A stretch of 37,050 nucleotides of DNA from Bacteriovoracaceae bacterium (GTDB lineage: Bacteria > Bdellovibrionota > Bacteriovoracia > Bacteriovoracales > Bacteriovoracaceae). The translations under genes were made by a program, and so were the position numbers. The stretch is taken from positions 1 through 37,050 of the forward strand of contig JAGOVR010000001.1 of NCBI GenBank assembly GCA_018060635.1. The letters are read 5' to 3'. The notes beneath the pieces are model-generated. The model did no database searches. It worked only from the letters and a program-made list of their open reading frames with translations, and was not told where the DNA came from. Within the stretch, counting starts at the first letter, position 1. Each line of letters starts with the position of its first letter. This document shows positions 17,660 through 26,484 of this stretch, piece by piece.

Positions 17660-18477
17660 TGTTGGATTTTTTTCAATATGATTTTTTAACCAAGGCCTTA
17701 GTGGGAGGACTCCTCCTTGCTTTTTCTTGTGGCATTTTATCGCCTTGGGTAGTGGCCAAACGTTATGCTTTTATGAGTGAAGGAATTGCTCATTCCACCC
17801 TGCTTTCTTTTGCCTTAACTCTGTCCTTGGTTTCTCTAGAAAATACTTTTTCTTTCTACACTCTCTATGTCGTGATTTCTCTTTTTTTAGTCTTCATTTT
17901 GGCCACTTTTACCTATTTAGAACGCCTGCCTTCTGACACGCTCATGGGGCTTTTCTTAAGTGGAACTTTATCCTTAGGTCTTTTATTTCACTTCCTTTAC
18001 GGCAAAGGACAAATGGATCTTTCTAGTTTCCTTTTTGGAAATATTCTTTTTATTGAAAATATTGATATCACTTTTTTACTTATTTTAAGTTTGTTATGCT
18101 TCCTTATTTTTTATTATGGCTGGAAAAAGTGGCTTTATCTCACTTTTGATCCTGAAGGGGCAAAAATTTCTGGTATCAAAGACTCTTTTTACCATTATGC
18201 TTTCTTTCTATTACTAGGAATTCTTATTTTAAGTGCTATTAAATTTTGCGGAACTCTGCTGACTAATACTCTCCTTATCTTTCCAGGGGCCTTTGCCCTT
18301 AAACTGGCAAGAAGTATGAAACAAGCTATTTTTATTTCTGTGCTTTTTTCTCTGATAACTTTAACTCTAGGACTTTTTCTTTCTAATTTTTATGAAATTC
18401 CCCCTGGGGCAGGACTTACGCTCACTCAACTTTTCTTTTTCTCTCTTACTTTTTTTAAAAAAAGGTCATTTCTATGA
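17659..18477 (+). CDS. znuB: metal ABC transporter permease (ABC-3 family)
   Basis: A 272-aa polytopic membrane protein with an ABC-3-like layout, overlapping both neighbouring genes. Confidence 0.85.
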   Translation: MLDFFQYDFLTKALVGGLLLAFSCGILSPWVVAKRYAFMSEGIAHSTLLSFALTLSLVSLENTFSFYTLYVVISLFLVFILATFTYLERLPSDTLMGLFLSGTLSLGLLFHFLYGKGQMDLSSFLFGNILFIENIDITFLLILSLLCFLIFYYGWKKWLYLTFDPEGAKISGIKDSFYHYAFFLLLGILILSAIKFCGTLLTNTLLIFPGAFALKLARSMKQAIFISVLFSLITLTLGLFLSNFYEIPPGAGLTLTQLFFFSLTFFKKRSFL

Positions 18478-18932
18478 AATCAAAAGGTAAAAAAGCTAGC
18501 GATTCTGCAGTAGAAATGCGCGAACTAGTTATGCCCCATCATTCCAATCCTCAAAATACTATTTTTGGTGGTGTCATTATGTCTTGGATTGATTTGGCCG
18601 CTTCCATGTGCTCTTCTCGTCATGCCAGACGTCCCGTGGTCACTGTACATATTGGGGACATTACCTTTAAAGCACCTGTTAAAGTTGGTTATCATGTTCT
18701 TATTAAGGCAAAAATTTTATATGTAGGAACAACATCTCTCACTGTTGGAGTAAGTGTGCATAGTGAAAACCCTATCACGGGTGAAAGTCTCACTACCACC
18801 ACTGCGACTGTGACCATGGTAGCAGTGGATGATCATGGAAAACCTTGCCCCGTTCCCCCTCTTCTTCCCCAATCTTCTGCGGAAAAAAAGATCTTTTCTA
18901 AGGTATCTAAAAAAAACATTAGACGAAAATAA
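18474..18932 (+). CDS. acyl-CoA thioesterase (hotdog fold, YciA/BFIT-like)
   Basis: VMPHHSNPQNTIFGGVIMSWIDLAASMCSSRHA...VVTV...ITFKAPVKVG is the typical family pattern. Confidence 0.85.
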   Translation: MKSKGKKASDSAVEMRELVMPHHSNPQNTIFGGVIMSWIDLAASMCSSRHARRPVVTVHIGDITFKAPVKVGYHVLIKAKILYVGTTSLTVGVSVHSENPITGESLTTTTATVTMVAVDDHGKPCPVPPLLPQSSAEKKIFSKVSKKNIRRK

Positions 18933-19024
18933 AAATAGAGTTACAATAAACACTAAAGGTTTATTTATTTAAAACCGAAAACAAGACAAACAATTTGTTT
19001 TGTTAACCTAACAAGGAGAAATCC

Positions 19025-19087
19025 ATGGCTAAGAAAAAAGCAAAAAAGAAAGCTGCTAAAAAAACTGCTAAGAAAAAGAAAAAGTAG
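19025..19087 (+). CDS. candidate 20-codon poly-Lys/Ala small ORF (MAKKKAKKKAAKKTAKKKKK)
   Basis: Too short for the ORF track. AAGGAG lies at 19013-19018, 6 nt before the ATG. A strong intrinsic terminator begins 27 nt after the stop. Confidence 0.4.
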   Translation: MAKKKAKKKAAKKTAKKKKK

Positions 19088-19107
19088 TTTTTTGAGAGCA
19101 TTCTCTT

Positions 19108-19137
19108 AAAAAAAGAGCCCTGAAAAGGGCTCTTTTT
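19108..19137. terminator. bidirectional intrinsic terminator shared by the sORF (+) and the 1048-aa gene (-)
   Basis: The stem AGAGCCC (19114-19120) / GGGCTCT (19127-19133) has a 6-nt loop. It is flanked by an A7 run on the left and a T-run on the right, and it abuts the stop codon at 19136-19138 of the minus-strand gene. Confidence 0.8.
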
Positions 19138-22100
19138 ATTTTATATCGTCAATAAAAGCTGCAAAACAATCACTAAAAGATGCACCTGAATTTTCTTTTG
19201 CATTAAAAATTGTATTTATCCTATCTATTTGAGTCCGGTTAAATCCCATTTCTTTTAATGAATTGAGCTTATTTTTATGAGTCATTACATCCAAAAGAGC
19301 GATAACCTTATCTAGACTCCAAAAGTCAGATACAAAGAGGGATCGATCAGTAAGTTGTGAAAGGTAATGAGAAGGCAGCGTTGCGGTAAGCGCATTAAAT
19401 CTCTGTTGTAAATCTATTAAAGCCTTAGTTGATAGGCCTGTTTGATCCCAATTGTAAGTAACAGGAAACCCCTTTTTCTGCAATTTTTTTATTTTTTTGG
19501 CGAGATTTATTCTTTCTTTAAAGTTTTCTCTGTTGAAATTGGAAATACTGGGTTTTTCTCCCCATCTGAGGTCTTCCCATGAAATACTTCTATTGTGATT
19601 AGGTAGTGAATTTATTTTTTGTTGGGCAGTAAAATATGTTATTTCAGCAAAAATAAAGTATTTTGCTTTTGCGACATTGCCATCAAAATAAAAATCCGCG
19701 ATACGCTTTAGATTTTTGAGGCCTTTTAAATCATCGACCATTATTTCATTTTCTGTACTTCTAGTAATTCGAGTAATGTCCGATACAATTTGATTTGCTA
19801 AGATAAAATATCTAATTTCATTATTTTCCTTTATAAAATCAAGATTATTTATAAAATCTTGATAACTACTACCATAACGATAATCATCGTCATACAGATG
19901 ACTAACTTTTACATTAAATTCTGTATAAGAGGGATCGAAAATAATATTGGGCGAGCGTGAAAAAACTTGAGGGAATATATTCAATGCTGTCTCAATAACT
20001 TCTAAAATATTATGATAAGGAAACAAATGTCGGTAGTCCTTCCCGTTAGTATCTACATAAGAATATCTAAACAACTCCGAAAGAATTATTTTATTTATTG
20101 TAATTTTAGAACCACTTTTTGAGTAAGCTAGATCTAACGCATCATAAAAAAGAAATTCATATTTCCTTATTTCCCCACTTTTTTTAGCTTCTTCCAAAAA
20201 ACTAGATAAAATAGAACTTAAATTGTTGTGAGAAAAAGATTGTGAAAAAAGAATAAAAACATAAGGGATACCGTCGATATTTATAATAAAAAAAGCCGGG
20301 TAAACATTGAAAATGTTAGGATTTCCGCTAACTTCTTCCATTGGTCGATAATATTCATTATAAAATTCTTTATTAAATGCTTTATAAAGTTCATTATTAT
20401 CAAGATAATCTACTAAATCATAAATTTGATGCACCTTGAGCCTCTGAATCAATTGCGCAAAAAAGTCTGTGGTTGGAGGAGATGTATTATCACTCTGAAT
20501 TTCTTTGGTGCCTCCCCTATCTTTCATATCAATAATTTGAGGCTTATTTTTTTCATTAAATACATATTCAAATGTAAACTTACCTGAACCTTTTTTAAGG
20601 GCAACGGATTCCATCATTTTAAATAAAGGTGCATACTCAGAGATGAGAGGACTAGATTCGTACCTCTTCCCATCATGGATAAGAAACATCTTTCCTTCAT
20701 CATCCTTTACAAGCCTAATACGACTAAATTTTCCCCCATTAGGTGCAGTGGCACTGCCTCCCTTGGGGGCCGTTGTAAATTCTACAATAGTTTCACTGGC
20801 CTCAAAGCTAAGATTTGCTAGTCCGTGTGTTCCTTCTATAAAATTGTGAACAAACGCTGTAACGGCATCTTGCCCTTCTTTAAGACCATATCTTTGACGA
20901 AGAAGATAAGCTTTTACTGAATAAAAAGATCTCAGAACATCATTAAGTCCGATAGCCAGTTGTGACATTTTTAATTCGATGCTAGAGCTACTATGTAAAT
21001 CCACTAAAACTGATTCATATGAGCCATCTAATCCATCTCCGTACAGGCTACTGCTTCTAAAAATTATTTTCTGACTAAGGTCTATAGAGTTCATGCGAAA
21101 AGATTTGTATAATTCTTGCTGTAAATCTTTGGGCATAATAGTATTTCTAATGGCAAATCTTATACTTGCTAGATTATATTCAATATTACGCCCTTGCTTA
21201 ATATTTTCTAATTTTTGCTCTATAAATTTTTCAAGTGATAAGGTCGAAGATAGACTTTCATAGGGGGGGAAATTTAACCCAGAAATAGAGTGTTGGTTGA
21301 TTTCAAGTTTTGTTGAGATTAAAATATTTCTTATTCTTTCTCTTCTGTTTTGTTCGAATTCTTCTAATAAAAGCCTGCCGATTTGTTTTATAGCTATTTG
21401 AATAATTTCTTGGTATTTAGGGTCAATATTAAACTGTGGTATTTCTGGAATAGAGTAATTAGGAAGAAGGAATGCTTCCGCTATAGCGTCGCCAATATTA
21501 TGCAAAGATGTTTTTAGGTTATGGCCTTTCTCTATATTCTCTAATTGCTGGTTAATAAAATCTAAAAGATTTGCGTCTGAATCAAAAATTACACCTATTT
21601 GGAAATAGCGATGAACAAAACCAAAGGGAAGTCCTACAATAGGAATTTCTGAATGGGAATTTAATGTTGTATTTACTAAATGTAATTCAACAAGTTTCAT
21701 TCCATACTGACTGGAAAGAGTCGTTGTCCTATTATTAAGGCCAATAGGATGAACTTGGCCAAGATCAATCGCTCTTGAGGGGATATGAGGTTTCGATTTC
21801 TCTTGGAGGTGTTTTGTTATTTCTAATGAACTTAAGTCTCGCTCGATTAAGACTTGAAGACCATCTACTTTTAAATAGTGAGTTCCTTTGGAAGCTTCTA
21901 ACTTTATTAGTAACTCATTATTAAAAGCATTTGCTAGATAAAAACATGGGATGCCAAAAGTGCTAAAGACACCTTCCATATGTCCGAGTGTTTGAGTCTC
22001 TTTGGAGACAATGACCGCCCCAATTCCACCGAGTAAGTAAAAATCTTCATCTTCAGGAAAAGCACCATCAAGAACAAGAATGGTATTTTTATTCAATCTC

Positions 22101-22282
22101 CCACTTGTGGCCCAGTTTGCAAGATAACTATGGCGAACACGAACTATTTCTCCAATGGCACTTCCTTGTGTGTAAATTTGGTCTGTTTTTAAGATTAAAG
22201 CTGATCTTTCCTCAGCATTGCAAAAAGAAGTCAGAATAAAAAAATTAATTATAATAAGAAAAATATTTTTTACAAAATTCAT
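19136..22282 (-). CDS. secreted 1048-aa protein: N-terminal PEP-utilising 'swivel' His-domain-like region, then a PpsA/PPDK-type ATP-grasp-like region, then ~450 aa unknown
   Basis: Signal peptide MNFVKNIFLIIINFFILTSFCNA. Residues ~35-148 read NTILVLDGAFPEDEDFYLLGGIGAVIVSKETQTLGHMEGVFSTFGIPCFYL (compare PF00391). Residues ~185-500 contain YGMKLVEL, GLPFGFV, IFRSSSLYGDGLDGSYESVLV and AVTAFVHNFIEGTHGLANLSF (compare PPDK_N). Confidence 0.5.
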   Translation of the reverse strand: MNFVKNIFLIIINFFILTSFCNAEERSALILKTDQIYTQGSAIGEIVRVRHSYLANWATSGRLNKNTILVLDGAFPEDEDFYLLGGIGAVIVSKETQTLGHMEGVFSTFGIPCFYLANAFNNELLIKLEASKGTHYLKVDGLQVLIERDLSSLEITKHLQEKSKPHIPSRAIDLGQVHPIGLNNRTTTLSSQYGMKLVELHLVNTTLNSHSEIPIVGLPFGFVHRYFQIGVIFDSDANLLDFINQQLENIEKGHNLKTSLHNIGDAIAEAFLLPNYSIPEIPQFNIDPKYQEIIQIAIKQIGRLLLEEFEQNRRERIRNILISTKLEINQHSISGLNFPPYESLSSTLSLEKFIEQKLENIKQGRNIEYNLASIRFAIRNTIMPKDLQQELYKSFRMNSIDLSQKIIFRSSSLYGDGLDGSYESVLVDLHSSSSIELKMSQLAIGLNDVLRSFYSVKAYLLRQRYGLKEGQDAVTAFVHNFIEGTHGLANLSFEASETIVEFTTAPKGGSATAPNGGKFSRIRLVKDDEGKMFLIHDGKRYESSPLISEYAPLFKMMESVALKKGSGKFTFEYVFNEKNKPQIIDMKDRGGTKEIQSDNTSPPTTDFFAQLIQRLKVHQIYDLVDYLDNNELYKAFNKEFYNEYYRPMEEVSGNPNIFNVYPAFFIINIDGIPYVFILFSQSFSHNNLSSILSSFLEEAKKSGEIRKYEFLFYDALDLAYSKSGSKITINKIILSELFRYSYVDTNGKDYRHLFPYHNILEVIETALNIFPQVFSRSPNIIFDPSYTEFNVKVSHLYDDDYRYGSSYQDFINNLDFIKENNEIRYFILANQIVSDITRITRSTENEIMVDDLKGLKNLKRIADFYFDGNVAKAKYFIFAEITYFTAQQKINSLPNHNRSISWEDLRWGEKPSISNFNRENFKERINLAKKIKKLQKKGFPVTYNWDQTGLSTKALIDLQQRFNALTATLPSHYLSQLTDRSLFVSDFWSLDKVIALLDVMTHKNKLNSLKEMGFNRTQIDRINTIFNAKENSGASFSDCFAAFIDDIK

Positions 22283-22584
22283 AAGGCTTTCCTGCTTTTT
22301 ATTTACATATAAATCCTACGTTTATTTTTAAATAGCAAAGAATTAATTCATGATTAATGGAAAACAAATAAGACTATGAAAAAAATTCATGGTTTTTAGA
22401 AAAAAGAAGCCAAGAATTCTGTCTCATAAAATAGAGGGAAAATAATATCACTTGCCTTACAGTGAAGTCCTATATGATGGCCAGCAATTTTTTTCATATG
22501 TTTGACTTCTTGTTAAAGAAATTAAATCATATTTTTAAGCCTTGGCTATCATCTGGCCCGTAAGTTTAACCCGAATTGGTATTA

Positions 22585-25500
22585 TTACGAACAGCCGGTG
22601 GTACTGCCGCAAGTATCACACTTAAGGCACGATCCGTTTCTCACCAAAGTGTAGGACATACACTCCGGACAAGAATCACTCTCATATCCTTTAAGTTTGG
22701 CCTCCTGGCGCTTCTTCTGCTCAGATGACATGCGGGAATCAGCGGCTGAGGTGTAAACTTTATGTAAGGCAACAGTGGTATGCCCTTCAGCGTGTTGAAC
22801 AGTTTTTTTCTCCATCATGGCAAGTAATGGCTCTTGATCTTTTTTATCTTCCCCATGAACCGCGTCCGCATCCAGATGTTCCGGTTTCACATGAACTAAG
22901 TCATAGCGACCTAAGTAACGGCAAGCCAAATCCCGGAAGATGTAATCAATCACCGAAGTAGACATTTTTATATTGTCATGACCTTGTACCACACCATTAG
23001 GTTCAAACTTGGTGAAGGTAAAGGCATCCACGAATTCATCCAACGGAACTCCGTATTGCAGGCCTAAGGAAATGGCGATGGAAAAACAGTTCATAAGAGA
23101 ACGATAGGCCGCTCCTTCCTTATGCATATCCACGAAAATTTCACCCAGTTTTCCATCCTGATACTCTCCGGTGCGTAAGTACACTTTATGTCCGGCAATC
23201 ACCGCTTTTTGCGTGTAACCCCTTCGCATATTCGGCAGAGACTTGCGGCGGGAAAGTTCTTTGTAGATAATTTTTTCCACAATTTTTTCTGCTGTATGCA
23301 TAATTTGTTCATTAGTACTTTCTGTCACAATTAAGTCCTCTGAAGCTTGCACATTGAGTGGTTGCGAAAGTTTAGAACCATCACGATAAATAGCATTGGC
23401 CTTAATCATGAGTTTCCAAGAAAGAGTATAGGCATTTGAAATATCCTCTACGCTGCATTCACTTGGCATATTAATAGTTTTAGAAATAGCTCCAGAAATA
23501 TAAGGTTGAACGGCGGCCATCATACGAATGTGCCCTTCATAAGAAATAGAGCGTGTTCCGTATTTCCCGCATTTATTAGCACAATCAAAAACAGGATAGT
23601 GCTCTTCTTTTAAGTGAGGAGCGCCTTCCAAAGTCATAGTTCCACAAACATAATCATTGGTTTTTTGAATTTCATCATTTGAAAAACCAATTTCACTTAA
23701 AACATTAAGATCAAGGCGACCCAATTTCTCTGCTGAAATCTTAAGCGTTTGAGTAAGGAATTCTTCACCTAAAAGATAGCGAGTGAAAGCAAAAGAAATG
23801 TCAAAAGCTTGGGCAAGGGTTGTTTCAATTTGGGTAATTTTCTCATCTGTAAATCCTTTACTTCTGAGTTTTTCATGAGTGATCGCAGGAGATCCCACCA
23901 AACTTCCCACCCCTGTGGCGTAGTTTGTTATCTCTGTAATCTGATGCTCCTTATATCCTAAATTCTTAAGAGCTAAAGGCACCGACCCATTAATAATTTT
24001 AAAATATCCTCCCCCCGCTAATTTTTTAAATTTAACCAGAGCAAAATCTGGTTCAATACCTGTGGTATCACAATCCATCACAAGGCCTATGGTGCCCGTA
24101 GGCGCAATCACTGTGGTTTGAGCATTACGATAGCCGTAAGCCTCACCTAGTTTTAGGGCCTCCGTCCAACTTTTTTTAGCCGCTTTAATCAGATAACTTT
24201 CAGAATTTTTTTCATCCAAAGGAACTGGATTAATAGTTAAGTTTTCATAGCCTGCTAATGCTCCATGAGCGGCTAAGGTATGATTACGCATAACTTTTAA
24301 CATATGTTTTTTATTTTTTTCGTATTCATGAAAAGGACCTAACTCTTTAGCCATAAGAGCCGAGGTACGATAAGCCACACCTCCCATGATGGCCCCTAAA
24401 CTACCTGCCACTCCTCGTCCTTTTTCTGAATCATAAGGAATTCCCATGAGCATAAGAAGGGCACCGACATTGGCATAACCCAAACCTAATGTTCTGTATT
24501 TGAAAGAGCGTTCTGCAATTTCATGAGAAGGAAATTGGGCCATGAGAACTGAAATTTCCAGTGTTATCGTCCACAATTCACAAGCGTGTTCATAAGCGGC
24601 AACATCAAACATTCCTGTTTTAGTATCATAAAATTTTACAAGATTAAGTGAAGCTAAGTTACAAGCCGTATCATCTAAAAACATATATTCTGAACAAGGG
24701 TTGGAGGCATTAATGCGTCCTCCTTCTGGACAGGTATGCCACTCATTAATGGTGTCATCGTACTGCACACCAGGGTCTGCACACTGCCAAGCCGCTTCAC
24801 AAATTTTCTCCCACAGCTCTGTTGCTTTTATTTTTTTTATAACTTTCCCTGATGTTACACCTAAAAGTTCCCAATCCCCACCTTGCTCTAAAATTTTAAA
24901 AAATTTATTAGGAATACGAACAGAGTTATTAGAATTTTGCCCACTCACTGTAGCATAGGCTTCAGAGTTCCAATCAGTATCATAAGTATCAAATTCAATA
25001 TGGGTAAACCCTTGTTTAGCTAAATCAATCACACGAGAAATATAATTCATGGGAATGCTATTTTTATTGGCTTCTGCTAAAACTTTTCTAAGTTCTAGAT
25101 TAGTTTTAGCTGAAAAACGTCCTTCCCCTTGGACTGAGTTAATACTTTTAAAAAGATCTTCTAAACTTTTCTTTAAAATTTTAGAACCTGTCACAAGTGA
25201 CGCTACTTTTTGTTCTTCTCTCACTTTCCATAAAACAAATTCTTCAATATCAGGGTGTGTTAGATCTAGGCATACCATCTTAGCGGCCCGGCGAGTAGTT
25301 CCTCCCGATTTAATAGCTCCAGCGGCACGGTCTCCAATTTTTAAAAAAGACATAAGTCCTGAAGAAACTCCCCCACCTGAGAGTTTTTCTCCTGAGCCCC
25401 GCACATGAGAGAAATTAGAACCTGTTCCTGAACCATATTTAAAAAGACGAGCTTCGCGGTTCCATAAATCCATAATTCCACCTGGATTTACTAAATCATC

Positions 25501-26064
25501 GGATACGGATTGAATGAAACAGGCATGAGGTTGAGGCCTTTCATAAGCTGAGGTAGATTTTTTTACTTCACCTGTAGTGGGATCAGCATAAAAATGTCCT
25601 TGGGGTTTTCCACTGATTCCGTAAGCTGTAAAAATTCCTGTATTAAACCACTGAGGAGAATTAGGGGCCGCCATTTGATTTGCCAGCATATAGCACATTT
25701 CATCGTAATATGCCTGCGCATCTTCTGCGCTATTAAAATAGTTATGTTTCTCTCCCCAACTTCTCCAACACTGACTCATACGGTGGAACACTTCTCTTGC
25801 GTCTGTTTCTCCTGTGGTTAACACCACTCCTTTCTCATCTAAGAGAGCTTCCCCTTTATCATTTTTAAGAGGCACACCTCTTTTTCTAAAATATTTTTGA
25901 GCAATAATATCCGTCGCTACTTGAGACCAAAAATTAGGAACTGTAACTTCCATCGCAGAATTAGCAGACCCATCTGTGTTACGTACTTCACTGATGCGTT
26001 TTTCAAAAGTCATCTGAGCGTAAGGAGATGTTCCTTTTTTAGTAAAGCGACGTTCAATTTTCAC
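22585..26064 (-). CDS. nrdJ: adenosylcobalamin-dependent ribonucleoside-diphosphate reductase (class II, long form)
   Basis: [21 protein letters not shown] active-site region, and a C-terminal Cys cluster [31 protein letters not shown] start with AAGGAG 6 nt upstream. Confidence 0.96.
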   Translation of the reverse strand: MKIERRFTKKGTSPYAQMTFEKRISEVRNTDGSANSAMEVTVPNFWSQVATDIIAQKYFRKRGVPLKNDKGEALLDEKGVVLTTGETDAREVFHRMSQCWRSWGEKHNYFNSAEDAQAYYDEMCYMLANQMAAPNSPQWFNTGIFTAYGISGKPQGHFYADPTTGEVKKSTSAYERPQPHACFIQSVSDDLVNPGGIMDLWNREARLFKYGSGTGSNFSHVRGSGEKLSGGGVSSGLMSFLKIGDRAAGAIKSGGTTRRAAKMVCLDLTHPDIEEFVLWKVREEQKVASLVTGSKILKKSLEDLFKSINSVQGEGRFSAKTNLELRKVLAEANKNSIPMNYISRVIDLAKQGFTHIEFDTYDTDWNSEAYATVSGQNSNNSVRIPNKFFKILEQGGDWELLGVTSGKVIKKIKATELWEKICEAAWQCADPGVQYDDTINEWHTCPEGGRINASNPCSEYMFLDDTACNLASLNLVKFYDTKTGMFDVAAYEHACELWTITLEISVLMAQFPSHEIAERSFKYRTLGLGYANVGALLMLMGIPYDSEKGRGVAGSLGAIMGGVAYRTSALMAKELGPFHEYEKNKKHMLKVMRNHTLAAHGALAGYENLTINPVPLDEKNSESYLIKAAKKSWTEALKLGEAYGYRNAQTTVIAPTGTIGLVMDCDTTGIEPDFALVKFKKLAGGGYFKIINGSVPLALKNLGYKEHQITEITNYATGVGSLVGSPAITHEKLRSKGFTDEKITQIETTLAQAFDISFAFTRYLLGEEFLTQTLKISAEKLGRLDLNVLSEIGFSNDEIQKTNDYVCGTMTLEGAPHLKEEHYPVFDCANKCGKYGTRSISYEGHIRMMAAVQPYISGAISKTINMPSECSVEDISNAYTLSWKLMIKANAIYRDGSKLSQPLNVQASEDLIVTESTNEQIMHTAEKIVEKIIYKELSRRKSLPNMRRGYTQKAVIAGHKVYLRTGEYQDGKLGEIFVDMHKEGAAYRSLMNCFSIAISLGLQYGVPLDEFVDAFTFTKFEPNGVVQGHDNIKMSTSVIDYIFRDLACRYLGRYDLVHVKPEHLDADAVHGEDKKDQEPLLAMMEKKTVQHAEGHTTVALHKVYTSAADSRMSSEQKKRQEAKLKGYESDSCPECMSYTLVRNGSCLKCDTCGSTTGCS

Positions 26065-26198
26065 ACTTAACTCCTTTTTTAAATTCCATCAGAAGAATCA
26101 CGCCTCAGAGTTTTAGAAATTTAATCACAATTCTAAAAATACTTGAGAATGATCCATCCTTCCTTGATTGGACCCTTTTTTAAAATGGGCTTTCTTTA

Positions 26199-26227
26199 AT
26201 TGAAGCTAAGAGTTCTTTTATCGTCAA
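26199..26227 (-). promoter_or_regulatory. candidate nrdJ promoter (TTGACG-17 nt-TTCAAT on the minus strand)
   Basis: On the minus strand the -35 is at 26227-26222 and the -10 at 26204-26199. The -35 abuts NrdR-like box 1. Confidence 0.3.
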
Positions 26228-26282
26228 CACAATATCTAGTATTTTTTTGCCTCTAAAAACAAAAACACACTATATCTTGTAG
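26227..26282 (-). promoter_or_regulatory. two NrdR-box-like sites upstream of nrdJ
   Basis: ACACAATATCTAGTAT (26227-26242) and ACACTATATCTTGTAG (26267-26282) match the NrdR box consensus acaCwAtATaTwGtgt at about 14/16 and 13/16 positions. Confidence 0.45.
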
Positions 26283-26484
26283 TGTTTTCTATTTAATAGC
26301 ACTGCCAAAAAATTAAATATGTTGTTAAATCAAGTAAATAGCAAGAAAAATGAGTTGACTTAATTCATCAACTTTCCTCCCCTCTTCAAAATAGGTAATT
26401 ATTATATTCTTTTTTAAATCTTCTATCTTCTCCTTTTTCTTTTATTATATGTGTTTTAAACTCCCTCATCTCAAGGAGCTTTTT

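Noticed and set aside
19025-19087. The poly-Lys sORF as a lysine-sensing leader peptide or attenuator.
   Set aside because: It is followed directly by a bidirectional terminator and then a convergent gene, so there is no downstream cistron to regulate and no alternative antiterminator pairing.
22396-22497. A 33-codon minus-strand sORF (MKKIAGHHIGLHCKASDIIFPLFYETEFLASFF) between nrdJ and the 1048-aa gene.
   Set aside because: It has only a weak SD-like AAGAAG, no terminator and no recognisable features. It cannot be distinguished from chance in AT-rich DNA.
25049-25408. A 119-aa plus-strand ORF, and the similar 24701-24958, 25594-25821 and 22725-22961 ORFs, inside nrdJ.
   Set aside because: These are antisense shadow ORFs of nrdJ.
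22585-26064. An intein or split gene in the long (1159-aa) NrdJ.
   Set aside because: There are no intein block motifs (Cys/Ser…HN-Cys junctions) or homing-endonuclease-like insert. The length fits long-form class II RNRs.
26065-26226. A cobalamin riboswitch or other riboswitch in the long nrdJ leader.
   Set aside because: I could find no B12-box-like GCCACTG core or conserved multi-stem architecture. The leader is AT-rich with only weak hairpins.
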